Source: PVC group bacterium
GTDB lineage: Bacteria; Omnitrophota; Gorgyraeia; B26-G9
DNA length: 64,000 bases
Assembly (NCBI GenBank): GCA_024231215.1
Contig: JAAEQR010000195.1
Span: 298,488 to 362,487, forward strand
Direction: 5' to 3'
The notes beneath the pieces are model-generated. The model did not search any database. It was not told the origin of the DNA and was given only the letters and a program-made list of their open reading frames with translations. Position 1 is the stretch's first letter, and each line of letters starts with the position of its first letter. The position numbers were made by a program, and so were the translations under genes. This document shows, one piece after another, positions 27,658-37,160 of this stretch.

Positions 27658-28797
27658 ATGACTACGAATGGTGATTTTTTGAATTTTCCTGAAAAATTTT
27701 TATGTCCACAGAAAACTATATTCAGAAAAGGTGCGGCTTTGGATATTGCCGCGGAATGCTTACTGTTTGGGCAAAGAGGATTGCTTGTTCACGGCCGGTC
27801 TTTGGAGAATAATGGTAATAAAGAAAATATTTTAAATCAATTTCCGGATTCTTCAAAAATAGATACATTTTGCCGTCAAGGCGGTGAACCGACACTTGGT
27901 GAAATAAGCAGTGTAATCGAAAAGGCAAAAGCTATAAAGGCTGAATGGATAGCTGGTATTGGCGGCGGCAGTGTTATTGATTTAGCTAAGGCAGCAGCGG
28001 GATTGTATGGTGCAAAAGAAAAGCCTGTGTTTTATCAGCAGGGAGGGAAGCTTGAACAAACAGGGGTTCCGTTTATTGCGGTACCTACAACAGCTGGAAC
28101 CGGGTCTGAAGCAACAATCAATTCGGTGATTATAAATTCAGCTACCAAAGAAAAATTATCTATTCGGGATAAAAGTTTTTTAGCGCGTACTGTGATTCTT
28201 GATGTAGAGCTTTTAAAGGGTTTGCCTAAGCAGGCAATGGTTTATGCGGCAATGGATGCTTATGTTCAGGCTTATGAATCTTTTATTTCTAAGAACGCGA
28301 CAGAGGATAGCGAGCAAAATGCTTTAAAAGCCATAGAATTGATCGATGAAAATATTTTATTAGCTTATGAAACCGGAAGAGAAGAATATTTATCGGATTT
28401 ATTGCTTGGTAGTTATCTTTGCGGTATTGCTTTTGGTTTATCTCGGTTGGGTGTGATTCATGGAATAGCGCATTCTTTAGGTGTTTTATATGACTTGCCG
28501 CATGGTCTGATTTGCGCAGTTTGTTTGCCTGCATCATTGAAGATTAACAGAGATGTGATGGGTAAAAAATATGATATTATGAGTAAATTAATAAATATGG
28601 ATTTCCAAAAGCGTATAACTGAATTGATGTCTGCTTTAGCCATAACATCGCCGTTTAAAGATAAAGAATTGATTGAAAAGGAGAAAATTATTGCGGCAAC
28701 ACTGAAATCCGGTTCTACAAAAGCTAATCCTAAAGATATTAATAAAGATGATGTGGAATTTATATTGAACGATATTTTTCAGGATAAAATTATATGA
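27658..28797 (+). CDS. iron-containing alcohol dehydrogenase family protein
   Basis: 'GGGSVIDLAKAAA' and a His-rich metal site 'HGIAHSLG'. Confidence 0.8.
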   Translation: MTTNGDFLNFPEKFLCPQKTIFRKGAALDIAAECLLFGQRGLLVHGRSLENNGNKENILNQFPDSSKIDTFCRQGGEPTLGEISSVIEKAKAIKAEWIAGIGGGSVIDLAKAAAGLYGAKEKPVFYQQGGKLEQTGVPFIAVPTTAGTGSEATINSVIINSATKEKLSIRDKSFLARTVILDVELLKGLPKQAMVYAAMDAYVQAYESFISKNATEDSEQNALKAIELIDENILLAYETGREEYLSDLLLGSYLCGIAFGLSRLGVIHGIAHSLGVLYDLPHGLICAVCLPASLKINRDVMGKKYDIMSKLINMDFQKRITELMSALAITSPFKDKELIEKEKIIAATLKSGSTKANPKDINKDDVEFILNDIFQDKII

Positions 28798-29300
28798 GTG
28801 CTAATGATAAAATAGAAATAAAGATCGGTGACATTACCAAAGAAAAAGTAGATGCAATTGTGAATGCGGCGAATACTACTTTATTAGGTGGAGGTGGTGT
28901 TGACGGTGCTATCCATCGTGCTGCCGGGCCTTTGCTTTTAGCCGAGTGTATAAAACTGTGCGGATGTAAGACAGGCGAAGCAAAGATAACCAAAGGATAT
29001 AACCTGCTGGCAAAGTATGTAATTCATACGCCTGGGCCGCGCTGGCGCGGCGGTAATCATAATGAAGCTGAACTTCTTGCTAGTTCGTATTTAAATTCAC
29101 TTAAACTGGCTGTAGAAAATAATATAAAAACTATAGCCTTTCCTTCGATAAGTACTGGTATTTATCGATTTCCTCTGGATCAAGCCTCCCAAATAGTCTT
29201 TAGCACTGTAAATGATTTCGTGGCAGGGCATGAGCAGATAGAAAAAGTAGTTTTTGTTTGCTTTAATCAGCAGGTGTATGAGGCTTATACTCGGATATAA
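28794..29300 (+). CDS. macro domain protein (O-acetyl-ADP-ribose deacetylase-like)
   Basis: 'VDAIVNAANTTLLGGGGVDGAIHRAAG' macro-domain signature. Confidence 0.85.
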   Translation: MSANDKIEIKIGDITKEKVDAIVNAANTTLLGGGGVDGAIHRAAGPLLLAECIKLCGCKTGEAKITKGYNLLAKYVIHTPGPRWRGGNHNEAELLASSYLNSLKLAVENNIKTIAFPSISTGIYRFPLDQASQIVFSTVNDFVAGHEQIEKVVFVCFNQQVYEAYTRI

Positions 29301-29485
29301 ATCAAGTTCCAAATAAATTATAATACCTAATTGACAATGACCAAAGACAGTACAAAAATTCTCTTTGAGCGGCGCTTTGAGACGTAATTTTTACAAGGAG
29401 GTAAAAATAGGCGAGACGCGCGGCTGCAAGGCACGATGCCGCAGCGGGCTTAGCGAAAAGACGTGTTTTTGTGCTGTTTAATCTC

Positions 29486-29539
29486 TTGACAAACATCTCC
29501 ATAAAGGATATATTAATCTTATCCACACATATGTGTGGA
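29486..29539 (+). promoter_or_regulatory. sigma70-like promoter (TTGACA 29486-29491, 17 nt, TATATT 29509-29514) followed by a perfect 18-bp palindrome TCCACACAT|ATGTGTGGA (29522-29539)
   Basis: Read directly from the sequence. It shares the CACATATGTG core with the palindrome at 22976-22993. Confidence 0.55.
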
Positions 29540-29576
29540 ACGTGATGATTAGAACGCTTAGTCGACGGGGAGATGT

Positions 29577-30713
29577 ATGGTTTCGATTCATAAAACACCG
29601 GATGTTACGGAAAAATTAAAGATATTATCAAAAGATTCTCAATATGATCTTGCTTGTGCCTGTGGGACCAATGAGGCTGATCGCAGGCACCGTTCCCAGG
29701 ATGGTAAATGGATTTATCCTGTTTCACTTCCCAACGGCGGGCAAACGATTCTATTTAAGACCTTGCTGTCTAATCATTGTACTAATAACTGTAAATATTG
29801 TCCTCTGCGTGTAAATCAAGATGCCCAGCGGTGCACGCTAAATGTAGAGGAGACTGTAAAAACATTTCTGTCTTATTATGAAAGCCGGGAAGTTTTCGGA
29901 TTATTCCTGAGTAGTGGGGTTATTGGAACTCCGGATAATACCATGGCAAGAATAAACGCAGTTGCCCGTGCTTTGCGGCAAAGAAGGTTTCGGGGCTATA
30001 TGCATCTTAAAGTGATCCCCGGGGCATCTGATGCGGCAATAACAGAAACGGTATCTCTTGCCAGTGCGGTGTCTATTAATATTGAAACAGCGGGCGAAGA
30101 AAATTTCAAACGTCTTTGTACAAGTAAAAAATATATGGATGATATTATTCGGCCTTTAAAATTGATCAGCCAACTTACAGCAAAAGGCACAGTTTATTCC
30201 GGAGTTAAGCAGACAACCCAGTTTATCGTTGGAGCATCCCAAGAGACAGATCAGGAGATAGTTAAATATTCCGGCGCATTATATAAGAATCTAGGCTTAA
30301 GCAGAGTTTATTTTAATGCGTATCAACGGGGATTAGGAGCAACGGATCTTCCCGGGGAAAATTCAGTAAAGACTAGTGCCGATATAATAACGCGTGAACA
30401 TAGATTGTATCAGAGTGACTGGTTGGTTAGAAAATATGGGTTTAAAGCAGATGAAATTCCTTTTGGAAATGATGGTAATTTATCGCTGGAGATAGATCCC
30501 AAAGAGATGTGGGCAAAGCAACATCCTGAGTTTTTCCCGGTTAATGTTAACCTAGCGGATAAATATAGACTTTTACGTGTGCCTGGGTTGGGAGAAATTA
30601 CGATTAAGCAGATTTTTATGCGCAGAAAATGTGGACAAAGATTGCGGTCGCTAAATGATATTGGAAAGATCGGCAAGCTTCTCAAGAAAGCAGAAAAATA
30701 TATAACCTTCTAA
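29577..30713 (+). CDS. radical SAM protein, 'putative DNA modification/repair' family (TIGR03916-like)
   Basis: 'LKILSKDSQYDLACACG...HCTNNCKYCPLR...FLSSGVIGTPDNTM...HLKVIPGAS' matches the family signature; CxxxCxxC is present. Confidence 0.7.
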   Translation: MVSIHKTPDVTEKLKILSKDSQYDLACACGTNEADRRHRSQDGKWIYPVSLPNGGQTILFKTLLSNHCTNNCKYCPLRVNQDAQRCTLNVEETVKTFLSYYESREVFGLFLSSGVIGTPDNTMARINAVARALRQRRFRGYMHLKVIPGASDAAITETVSLASAVSINIETAGEENFKRLCTSKKYMDDIIRPLKLISQLTAKGTVYSGVKQTTQFIVGASQETDQEIVKYSGALYKNLGLSRVYFNAYQRGLGATDLPGENSVKTSADIITREHRLYQSDWLVRKYGFKADEIPFGNDGNLSLEIDPKEMWAKQHPEFFPVNVNLADKYRLLRVPGLGEITIKQIFMRRKCGQRLRSLNDIGKIGKLLKKAEKYITF

Positions 30714-31277
30714 TTATGAAGATCTATTTATCAGTGCTAGGAATTCAGCGCGTGTTGCTGCTGAATCATGAAAACAGCCTAATACCGAAGAAGTTGTCAT
30801 TGTTGCGTTTTGTTTTTCTACGCCGCGCATCATTTTACAAAGATGTTTGCATTCCATAACAACTCCGACTCCTTGTGCGTCTACTGCACTCATTATTTCT
30901 TTGGCGACTTGAGCTGTCAGGCGTTCCTGTATTTGAAGTCTTTGGGCAAACACATCAACTATACGGCAGAGTTTGCTTACGCCTAATACTTTATGGGTTG
31001 GGATATAGCCGATGTGACAGCGGCCGTAAAAGGGAAGCATATGATGTTCACATAGGCTGTATACTTCGATGTCTCGGACAATGATCATATTGTTTACTTC
31101 AGACTGGAAAATTGCGTTATTTATGACCTCTTCTGGTGTTTTATTATAGCCTTGGGTCAGAAATTGCAGTGATTTTACTACCCGTTCCGGGGTCTTTAAA
31201 AGGCCTTCCCGCTCTGGATCTTCGCCTATTTCTACTAATAATTCCCTGATTAATTGTTTTACTTTGGTTTCGTTCAT
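30714..31277 (-). CDS. folE: GTP cyclohydrolase I
   Basis: 187 aa with 'GLLKTPERVVKS...CEHHMLPF' motifs. Confidence 0.88.
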   Translation of the reverse strand: MNETKVKQLIRELLVEIGEDPEREGLLKTPERVVKSLQFLTQGYNKTPEEVINNAIFQSEVNNMIIVRDIEVYSLCEHHMLPFYGRCHIGYIPTHKVLGVSKLCRIVDVFAQRLQIQERLTAQVAKEIMSAVDAQGVGVVMECKHLCKMMRGVEKQNATMTTSSVLGCFHDSAATRAEFLALINRSS

Positions 31278-31480
31278 CTTGCTGATCTCCAGTCTTAGGC
31301 TCTTAATATATTGTTATTGTTCAACTTATGTTATTTTAAAAGCTGTTCATATGGGTATATAATAGCACTAATTAGCTGGTTTGAAAAGCTTATTTTTATT
31401 TGCAAACATTGAGGTTATGTGGTAAACTTTATCGATTTTGGTATATTTACTATATTAAATACATAAATATATAGGATATA

Positions 31481-34400
31481 ATGAATAAGAAAACAATATT
31501 AAAAACAACAACTTTTGTTTTAATCCAGATATTTCTATTAGTAGACTTATCTTGGGGTAGCGGAATGCTTTTTTCTTCCCAAAAACAGGATAAAACTTGC
31601 CTATCTCCTGCCGTACAGATTAACAACCAGATATTTGTTGATACATTTAATCAAAAAACCAGTGGGTTGAAAACAATAAAAAATGTAATAAATTCCAATA
31701 GTGGATTTATAGATTCTAGCGCAGCAAGAAAAGCATCGCGGGGTTGGAAAAAGGCTAGGTTTAATATGCATGGTATGCGTTTAAGTATTACCGCAATTTT
31801 GATTATTGTTCCGATTATGGTTCTTGCCCCAACCCCAGTATATGGGATAATGGCGGGTGTTTTGTTATTTGTGTTTCGTCTCAAAAAGGTGAGGAAGTTT
31901 GTCAGAAGGTTAATAATAAATTTATTTAGAGCTATGCCTCTGACCTTTAGGCGAGTGGTAAAAGATTGTAGTGATGGAAAACTAAAGGTAAAGTTTGATG
32001 CTAGTATGTTCACGCTTATTCCTCGTTTATTGGCAATGTATGTCAATGAAGTTTGGGAATTACAGAAACAAAAGATAAGAGAGGATTCTTTTATCGATAG
32101 CTTGAAGCTTAATACAAAAGATGCTGATTATTTAAAGCAGACAATTGTAGATATGGCTGAGCCGGAAGATGGTAAGCCTATGGTTGGTAGACAAGATGCG
32201 TTGAGAAAGCTGGTTAGCAATTTGTCTTTACCGGATGGAATTAGCCGCAGTGTTCTTTTAACGGGGAAACCAGGTGTTTCAAAGAAAATTGTTGTGAAAA
32301 TCCTGGCTAAGATGTTAAAAGAGAAAAGAAGCTTGCAGGGAGAACTTGCCGAGAGGAGAATATACAGTATAAGCGCGAAAGATTTTGAAGAAAAGCAAGA
32401 TAAGTTGCTTCCTCTTCTGAAAAAGACAAATGGTAAAATCATCTTATTTATAGATAAAATACATACTTTAACTAAGAGGGCAGAGGGTCGGCCTAATTTT
32501 AGCGAAGTTTCTAATTTGAAGAAGTTTTTGAAAAACGGAAAGGTTTGCATTATTGGAGCTACGAGTATTATAGATTGCATTAAATATATTGAGCCTGATG
32601 TAGAGTATTATGATAATTTTTGTGTAGAGACAGTTAAGGAGCCGGGGATAAAAGAGACTAGACAGATAGTTTATGCGTATAGTCAGTGGTTGTGTGAGAA
32701 GAACCCCGGTATGGTTATTACAAAAGAAGCAAGAGATGCTTTGGTAGACCTCCCAGAAAAGCATTGGCCGTTAAAAGCGTTCCCCACAAAATCGATAGAT
32801 TTGTTGGATGAACTGGTTAAACAAGAATTGACAAGAACTAATGACTTATTGATGGAAAAGAAATATTTAAATGATCAGCTCAAGGGGATAATTGAAAGTT
32901 GGGTGAATGACGGTCGGAAGCAGATATTAAGAGAAGAAGATGAGATAAAGTATCATAATGCTTTAGCAAGGCGGATTATTGGTATACATAGAGTAATGTT
33001 ACAGTTAGCAGTAAGAGAAAACAGGAATATTGTAATCGGAGATGGTGCTGTAAAAGAACGGATGAAGAAGAGAACAGGGATATCTACTATAGGTATTTCT
33101 ATAAAAGAAAAGGCCCAGAAGTTGAAGGAGCTTGAAGGTTTTTTAAGTGAGCACTCAGGTCTTGGGCAGCAAGGTGCGATAAATGTTATCGCGGATGTTA
33201 TACGTAAATCTAAACTTAGTTTGAGCTGTTTGGAAGAGGGTTCTGGTGGAGTGGTGTTAATGCTGGGCCCCAGAGGAGTGGGTAAAACTAGTTTAGCTAG
33301 AAGCGTATCAAAATTTTTGCTTGGCAATGAAGAAGCAATGATACATATAGATATGACATATTGGAGTCAACAAAAAGACGCTGGGGCATTAGCTGCATAT
33401 TTATGCACTTTAGTGCGGCATAATCCGTATGCGGTGATATTATTTGACAATATAGATCAGGGAGAAATAAGTATTTTTCAGGTGTTGTTGAGTATATTAA
33501 CCTATAGAGCTTTGTGTGATGAAAAAGGTTCTATAATTAGTTTTAAGGATACGATGATTCTAATGAGTTCTGATATTGGTATGAAAGAAATTGAATCAAA
33601 ATTGAAAGAAGCGAGAAAGGAGTTGACGAAAAACAAAGATAATGAGAAACTTTTTCAGGCGCAGATAGAAGTAGTAAATAAAATAGTAAAAAAAGCAGCG
33701 ATAAAAGCGGCGAAAAATGAATTTACAGCTAATTTTATGCGACTACAAGATGGCTTAGTTGTTTGTAATGTGTTGACTCCAGACAATCTATTGGATATAA
33801 CCAGGGGATTGGTTAAGAAAAAACTAATAGATCCTTTAGCTGAAAAGGAATTTTATCTTGAGATTGAGAAGGAAGAAGTTTATGAGTTTTTAGCTCATAA
33901 AGGATATGATCCTTTAGCCGGAGTTGGTAATGTAGAGGATGTAATTAAAGATAAACTGATTGATCCGTTAATGGCTTATCGGCTTGGTTTGCAAGCCGAA
34001 GGGATAGATGTTATTGGACTTAAGGTATATGTAGGTCTTTTCCATAATAAACTGACGTTTGCTATTGATGATGAGCGTGTGGAAAAGGAAAAGTGGAGGC
34101 CTAAAACAGAAATTATTCAGACTCGGTTAAGGGCATTTAAATCGTTAATAGATTACGAAATAAAAAACCCGCAGCACCAGCGTCAGTACCAGGTAGATGA
34201 CAAAAAAATAGAAAGAATATTAAGTTATTTCCCTCCGCAAAAAGAAGGCAAGTTTTTTCCGCATGCAAAACCTTCTTTTGGACCTGATCGGTGGATCGTT
34301 GTGCGTAAATTTGAAAGTGACGATTCGAATGTGAAAAAATTTAAAGAAAAAATAGGCGAATTGCTTGAAAACGGTAACGGTAGGAAAACATTAGCAGAGC

Positions 34401-34813
34401 TTTGGATTAGGGGATTTGTTCGTTGGACAAAACAGTTTGATATGGGGCCGTCAATTAAGTTAGGATTTAGGCATAAAGATAATAAGCTGATTCTTTTTAT
34501 CCAGCAAAATTCAGGAATTGATTACGGCAAGACAAATACATTGGAAAAATTCCAAGAGATTTTTTCTTTTGATAATAAGGATATTGATAATCAGCCTCAA
34601 AGCGGGGCGACTTTTATTCGACAATGCTTGCGATTATTAAGCAGGCAATCTGACGAGGATCTTAAAATGGGTTATTATAGAAATATATACTGGATTGAGA
34701 TGCCTTTGAAAACTGTTCCTAAACAGTCTTTTTGGGATAATCTCAAAAGTGTAAGTCCATTTCATAAAGGCAAGATTAATTCCTCTGCCTTCATTATCGA
34801 ACAATCTATTTAA
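31481..34813 (+). CDS. membrane-anchored ClpA/ClpB-like double AAA+ protein with degenerate Walker motifs and a ~290-aa C-terminal extension of unknown function
   Basis: N-terminal TMs. D1 is ClpB-like ('ILFIDKIHTL...CIIGATS...VETVKEP') but its Walker A is GKPGVSKK and its Walker B is DKIH. D2 has Walker A 'LGPRGVGKTSLA' and Walker B 'ILFDNIDQGE'. A ClpB D2 small domain follows ('GYDPLAGVGNV...'), then sequence with no recognisable match. Confidence 0.65.
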   Translation: MNKKTILKTTTFVLIQIFLLVDLSWGSGMLFSSQKQDKTCLSPAVQINNQIFVDTFNQKTSGLKTIKNVINSNSGFIDSSAARKASRGWKKARFNMHGMRLSITAILIIVPIMVLAPTPVYGIMAGVLLFVFRLKKVRKFVRRLIINLFRAMPLTFRRVVKDCSDGKLKVKFDASMFTLIPRLLAMYVNEVWELQKQKIREDSFIDSLKLNTKDADYLKQTIVDMAEPEDGKPMVGRQDALRKLVSNLSLPDGISRSVLLTGKPGVSKKIVVKILAKMLKEKRSLQGELAERRIYSISAKDFEEKQDKLLPLLKKTNGKIILFIDKIHTLTKRAEGRPNFSEVSNLKKFLKNGKVCIIGATSIIDCIKYIEPDVEYYDNFCVETVKEPGIKETRQIVYAYSQWLCEKNPGMVITKEARDALVDLPEKHWPLKAFPTKSIDLLDELVKQELTRTNDLLMEKKYLNDQLKGIIESWVNDGRKQILREEDEIKYHNALARRIIGIHRVMLQLAVRENRNIVIGDGAVKERMKKRTGISTIGISIKEKAQKLKELEGFLSEHSGLGQQGAINVIADVIRKSKLSLSCLEEGSGGVVLMLGPRGVGKTSLARSVSKFLLGNEEAMIHIDMTYWSQQKDAGALAAYLCTLVRHNPYAVILFDNIDQGEISIFQVLLSILTYRALCDEKGSIISFKDTMILMSSDIGMKEIESKLKEARKELTKNKDNEKLFQAQIEVVNKIVKKAAIKAAKNEFTANFMRLQDGLVVCNVLTPDNLLDITRGLVKKKLIDPLAEKEFYLEIEKEEVYEFLAHKGYDPLAGVGNVEDVIKDKLIDPLMAYRLGLQAEGIDVIGLKVYVGLFHNKLTFAIDDERVEKEKWRPKTEIIQTRLRAFKSLIDYEIKNPQHQRQYQVDDKKIERILSYFPPQKEGKFFPHAKPSFGPDRWIVVRKFESDDSNVKKFKEKIGELLENGNGRKTLAELWIRGFVRWTKQFDMGPSIKLGFRHKDNKLILFIQQNSGIDYGKTNTLEKFQEIFSFDNKDIDNQPQSGATFIRQCLRLLSRQSDEDLKMGYYRNIYWIEMPLKTVPKQSFWDNLKSVSPFHKGKINSSAFIIEQSI

Positions 34814-34901
34814 GAAAATCCTGGAAATCATACCTATAATAATTTATAGTATAATCAATTGAATCTGAAGAACTGGTTATTTGCTAGTATAAGGGAGCAA
34901 T

Positions 34902-35342
34902 ATGAGTAGAAAAGTTTTTTATAGTCTCTTGGTTTGTATTAATTTATTTTTCCTGTCTTCTGCGCTTGCCGACCAGGGTGCGATTACTATGGATGGCCGG
35001 AAGGTTGTTCTAAGAAGCAATGGTACCTGGAGCTATGAGAGTCAGGTTTCAGGAGAATCGGAAATAAGGGAGGTAAATAGAGAGCTAAAAGATTCTTTGC
35101 GTCCATATATCGGAAACCGCCATTCTGTGTTTAAAGTGAAGTTTGATATGATGGTAAATCTTAATAATACTAATTATGAATACAAATATAAACTAATAAT
35201 GCATGGTTTTTATAAAGCATATAAAAATATGACAAAGAAAAGTTTTAATGAGGCAGTGGAAAAAGAATTTACCAAAAGCACAGCGAATAACATAAAAACA
35301 GTTATGCAGCATTGGGATAGCTGGAAACAATATTGTCAGTGA
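34902..35342 (+). CDS. secreted hypothetical protein
   Basis: Signal peptide 'LLVCINLFFLSSALA'; no recognisable domain. Confidence 0.45.
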   Translation: MSRKVFYSLLVCINLFFLSSALADQGAITMDGRKVVLRSNGTWSYESQVSGESEIREVNRELKDSLRPYIGNRHSVFKVKFDMMVNLNNTNYEYKYKLIMHGFYKAYKNMTKKSFNEAVEKEFTKSTANNIKTVMQHWDSWKQYCQ

Positions 35343-35349
35343 GAAAGAT

Positions 35350-35724
35350 ATGAAAAATATATTCATTGTTGGAATCGGCGGATTTATCGGGGCGGTATGT
35401 CGTTATAAACTTGGCGGGTTGATCTTGCATCATTCTTTGAATTGGAAATTTCCGGTTAGTACTTTTTTAATCAACGTTATTGGTTGTCTTATTATGGGGG
35501 TGATTGCCGGAACTGCGGAGCGTTTTCAATGGTTTGGTCCAGGAATTCTTTTACTGCTTATGACTGGAGTTTTGGGTGGATTTACGACTTTTTCTGCGTT
35601 TGGATATGAAACAATATTTTTGATTCGTAAGGGAGAAGTGTTAATTGCTGGTTCGTATGTTGGATTGAGCGTAATTATGGGGCTTATAGCAGTTTTTGTG
35701 GGGATGAAGCTAGGCGGAATATGA
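35350..35724 (+). CDS. crcB: fluoride ion channel CrcB/Fluc
   Basis: 124 aa with 4 TM and 'GGFTTFSAF'. Confidence 0.85.
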   Translation: MKNIFIVGIGGFIGAVCRYKLGGLILHHSLNWKFPVSTFLINVIGCLIMGVIAGTAERFQWFGPGILLLLMTGVLGGFTTFSAFGYETIFLIRKGEVLIAGSYVGLSVIMGLIAVFVGMKLGGI

Positions 35725-35854
35725 GGTAGTTGCCTATTTTTTTCTTGACAAATGACACAAGGAGAGTATCATATTAAGATGATTGTTTTCATGGTTATTA
35801 ATATATAGTTTTATTATAATAAAAAGACTTAATAAGGGGAGCCTGATTCAAATA

Positions 35855-36739
35855 ATGAATGAATTTTTGTTAGTTTTAAAACATTATATTATAGAGATAT
35901 TGCCGGCATTGGGTATTGGATTTCTCTTGAGTGGATTAATCCATGAACTGGTGCCTGATAATTGGATAGAGAAGCATTTAGGCAAGAAAGGTATTATTCC
36001 GATTGTTTATGCTACTATTGCGGGGACGATTTTACCTATATGCTGTATCGGATCATTGCCTGTGGCATTGAGTTTTTATAAAAAAGGTTCTAAGCTAGGG
36101 CCAGTCTTAGCTTTTTTAGTAGCAACTCCGGCAACTTCTATAAGCGCACTTTTAGTTACCTATCGGCTTCTAGGCCTGAAATTTACCTTATTTATATTTT
36201 TTGCGGTGATTGCAATGGGGATTCTGATGGGAATTATCGGAAACAGGCTTTCTTTTACGCCGCGTAAAACCAAGGAAGAAGTGTGTTCTCATTGCCAGTC
36301 TGGAACTGAACATACGCATGATAAAACTTTCAGGGGACACATAAAAGCTATTTTGAAATTTTCCTTTTGGGATATGCCGAAAGAGATAGGTTTGGAATTG
36401 ATAGTCGGAATAATCTTAGCGGCAGTTGTGGCTACGTTTGCGCCTATCGGCATCTGGATTAAAAATAATCTGGGAGGATTGTTTGGATATGTCTTTGCGC
36501 TTGTGTTTGGGATTGTGATGTATATCTGTTCAACCGCTACTGTGCCGTTGGTAGATGCTTTTGTGCAGCAGGGATTGAATGTCGGAGCCGGCATGGTTTT
36601 GTTGATCGCTGGACCAATAACCAGTTATGCTACGATACTGGTTTTAAAAAAAGAATTTGGCGCTAAAATATTGAGTATATATTTATTGTTTATATCAGTA
36701 ATGTCATTGCTGTCAGGGTATTTATTTTCTTTACTATGA
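35855..36739 (+). CDS. DUF318-family permease (second copy)
   Basis: 'PICCIGSLPVALSFYKKGSKLGPVLAFLVATPATS'. Start chosen at MNEF, which has a GGGGAG RBS; the track start at 35783 overlaps the promoter. Confidence 0.7.
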   Translation: MNEFLLVLKHYIIEILPALGIGFLLSGLIHELVPDNWIEKHLGKKGIIPIVYATIAGTILPICCIGSLPVALSFYKKGSKLGPVLAFLVATPATSISALLVTYRLLGLKFTLFIFFAVIAMGILMGIIGNRLSFTPRKTKEEVCSHCQSGTEHTHDKTFRGHIKAILKFSFWDMPKEIGLELIVGIILAAVVATFAPIGIWIKNNLGGLFGYVFALVFGIVMYICSTATVPLVDAFVQQGLNVGAGMVLLIAGPITSYATILVLKKEFGAKILSIYLLFISVMSLLSGYLFSLL

Positions 36740-36752
36740 AAGGATGTGAAAA

Positions 36753-37160
36753 TTGAAATTAATAACCAGAGATGCTGATTACGCGATTCGTGCAGTTTGT
36801 TTTATAGCTAAACAAGGAACTAATAAGGTGTCTGTGGAAGAGTTAGTAAGGGAGATGAAAATGCCCCGGCCTTTTTTACGTAAAGTGCTGCAGATTTTAA
36901 ATAAAAGTAAAATACTTAAGTCATATAAAGGTCAGGGTGGTGGGTTTACTTTGGCCCTTAGCCCGGATAAGATATCATTGCTTGGTTTAATTGAAGTCTT
37001 TCAGGGGAAATTAAAGCTTAACGAATGTACTTTTAAAAAACAGGTTTGTCCTAATATGAGACTTTGCCGGGTTAAGAAAAAAGTTGATAGTATTCAAAAG
37101 TTTGTTGTTTCGGAATTGCAGGGTATTACTGTTGCATCGTTGTTAAAGGAAGGCATGTGA
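36753..37160 (+). CDS. Rrf2-family transcriptional regulator with a 3-Cys Fe-S ligand set
   Basis: Rrf2 HTH 'ADYAIRAVCFIA' and a C-terminal 'ECTFKKQVCPNMRLC' motif; TTG start. Confidence 0.75.
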   Translation: MKLITRDADYAIRAVCFIAKQGTNKVSVEELVREMKMPRPFLRKVLQILNKSKILKSYKGQGGGFTLALSPDKISLLGLIEVFQGKLKLNECTFKKQVCPNMRLCRVKKKVDSIQKFVVSELQGITVASLLKEGM

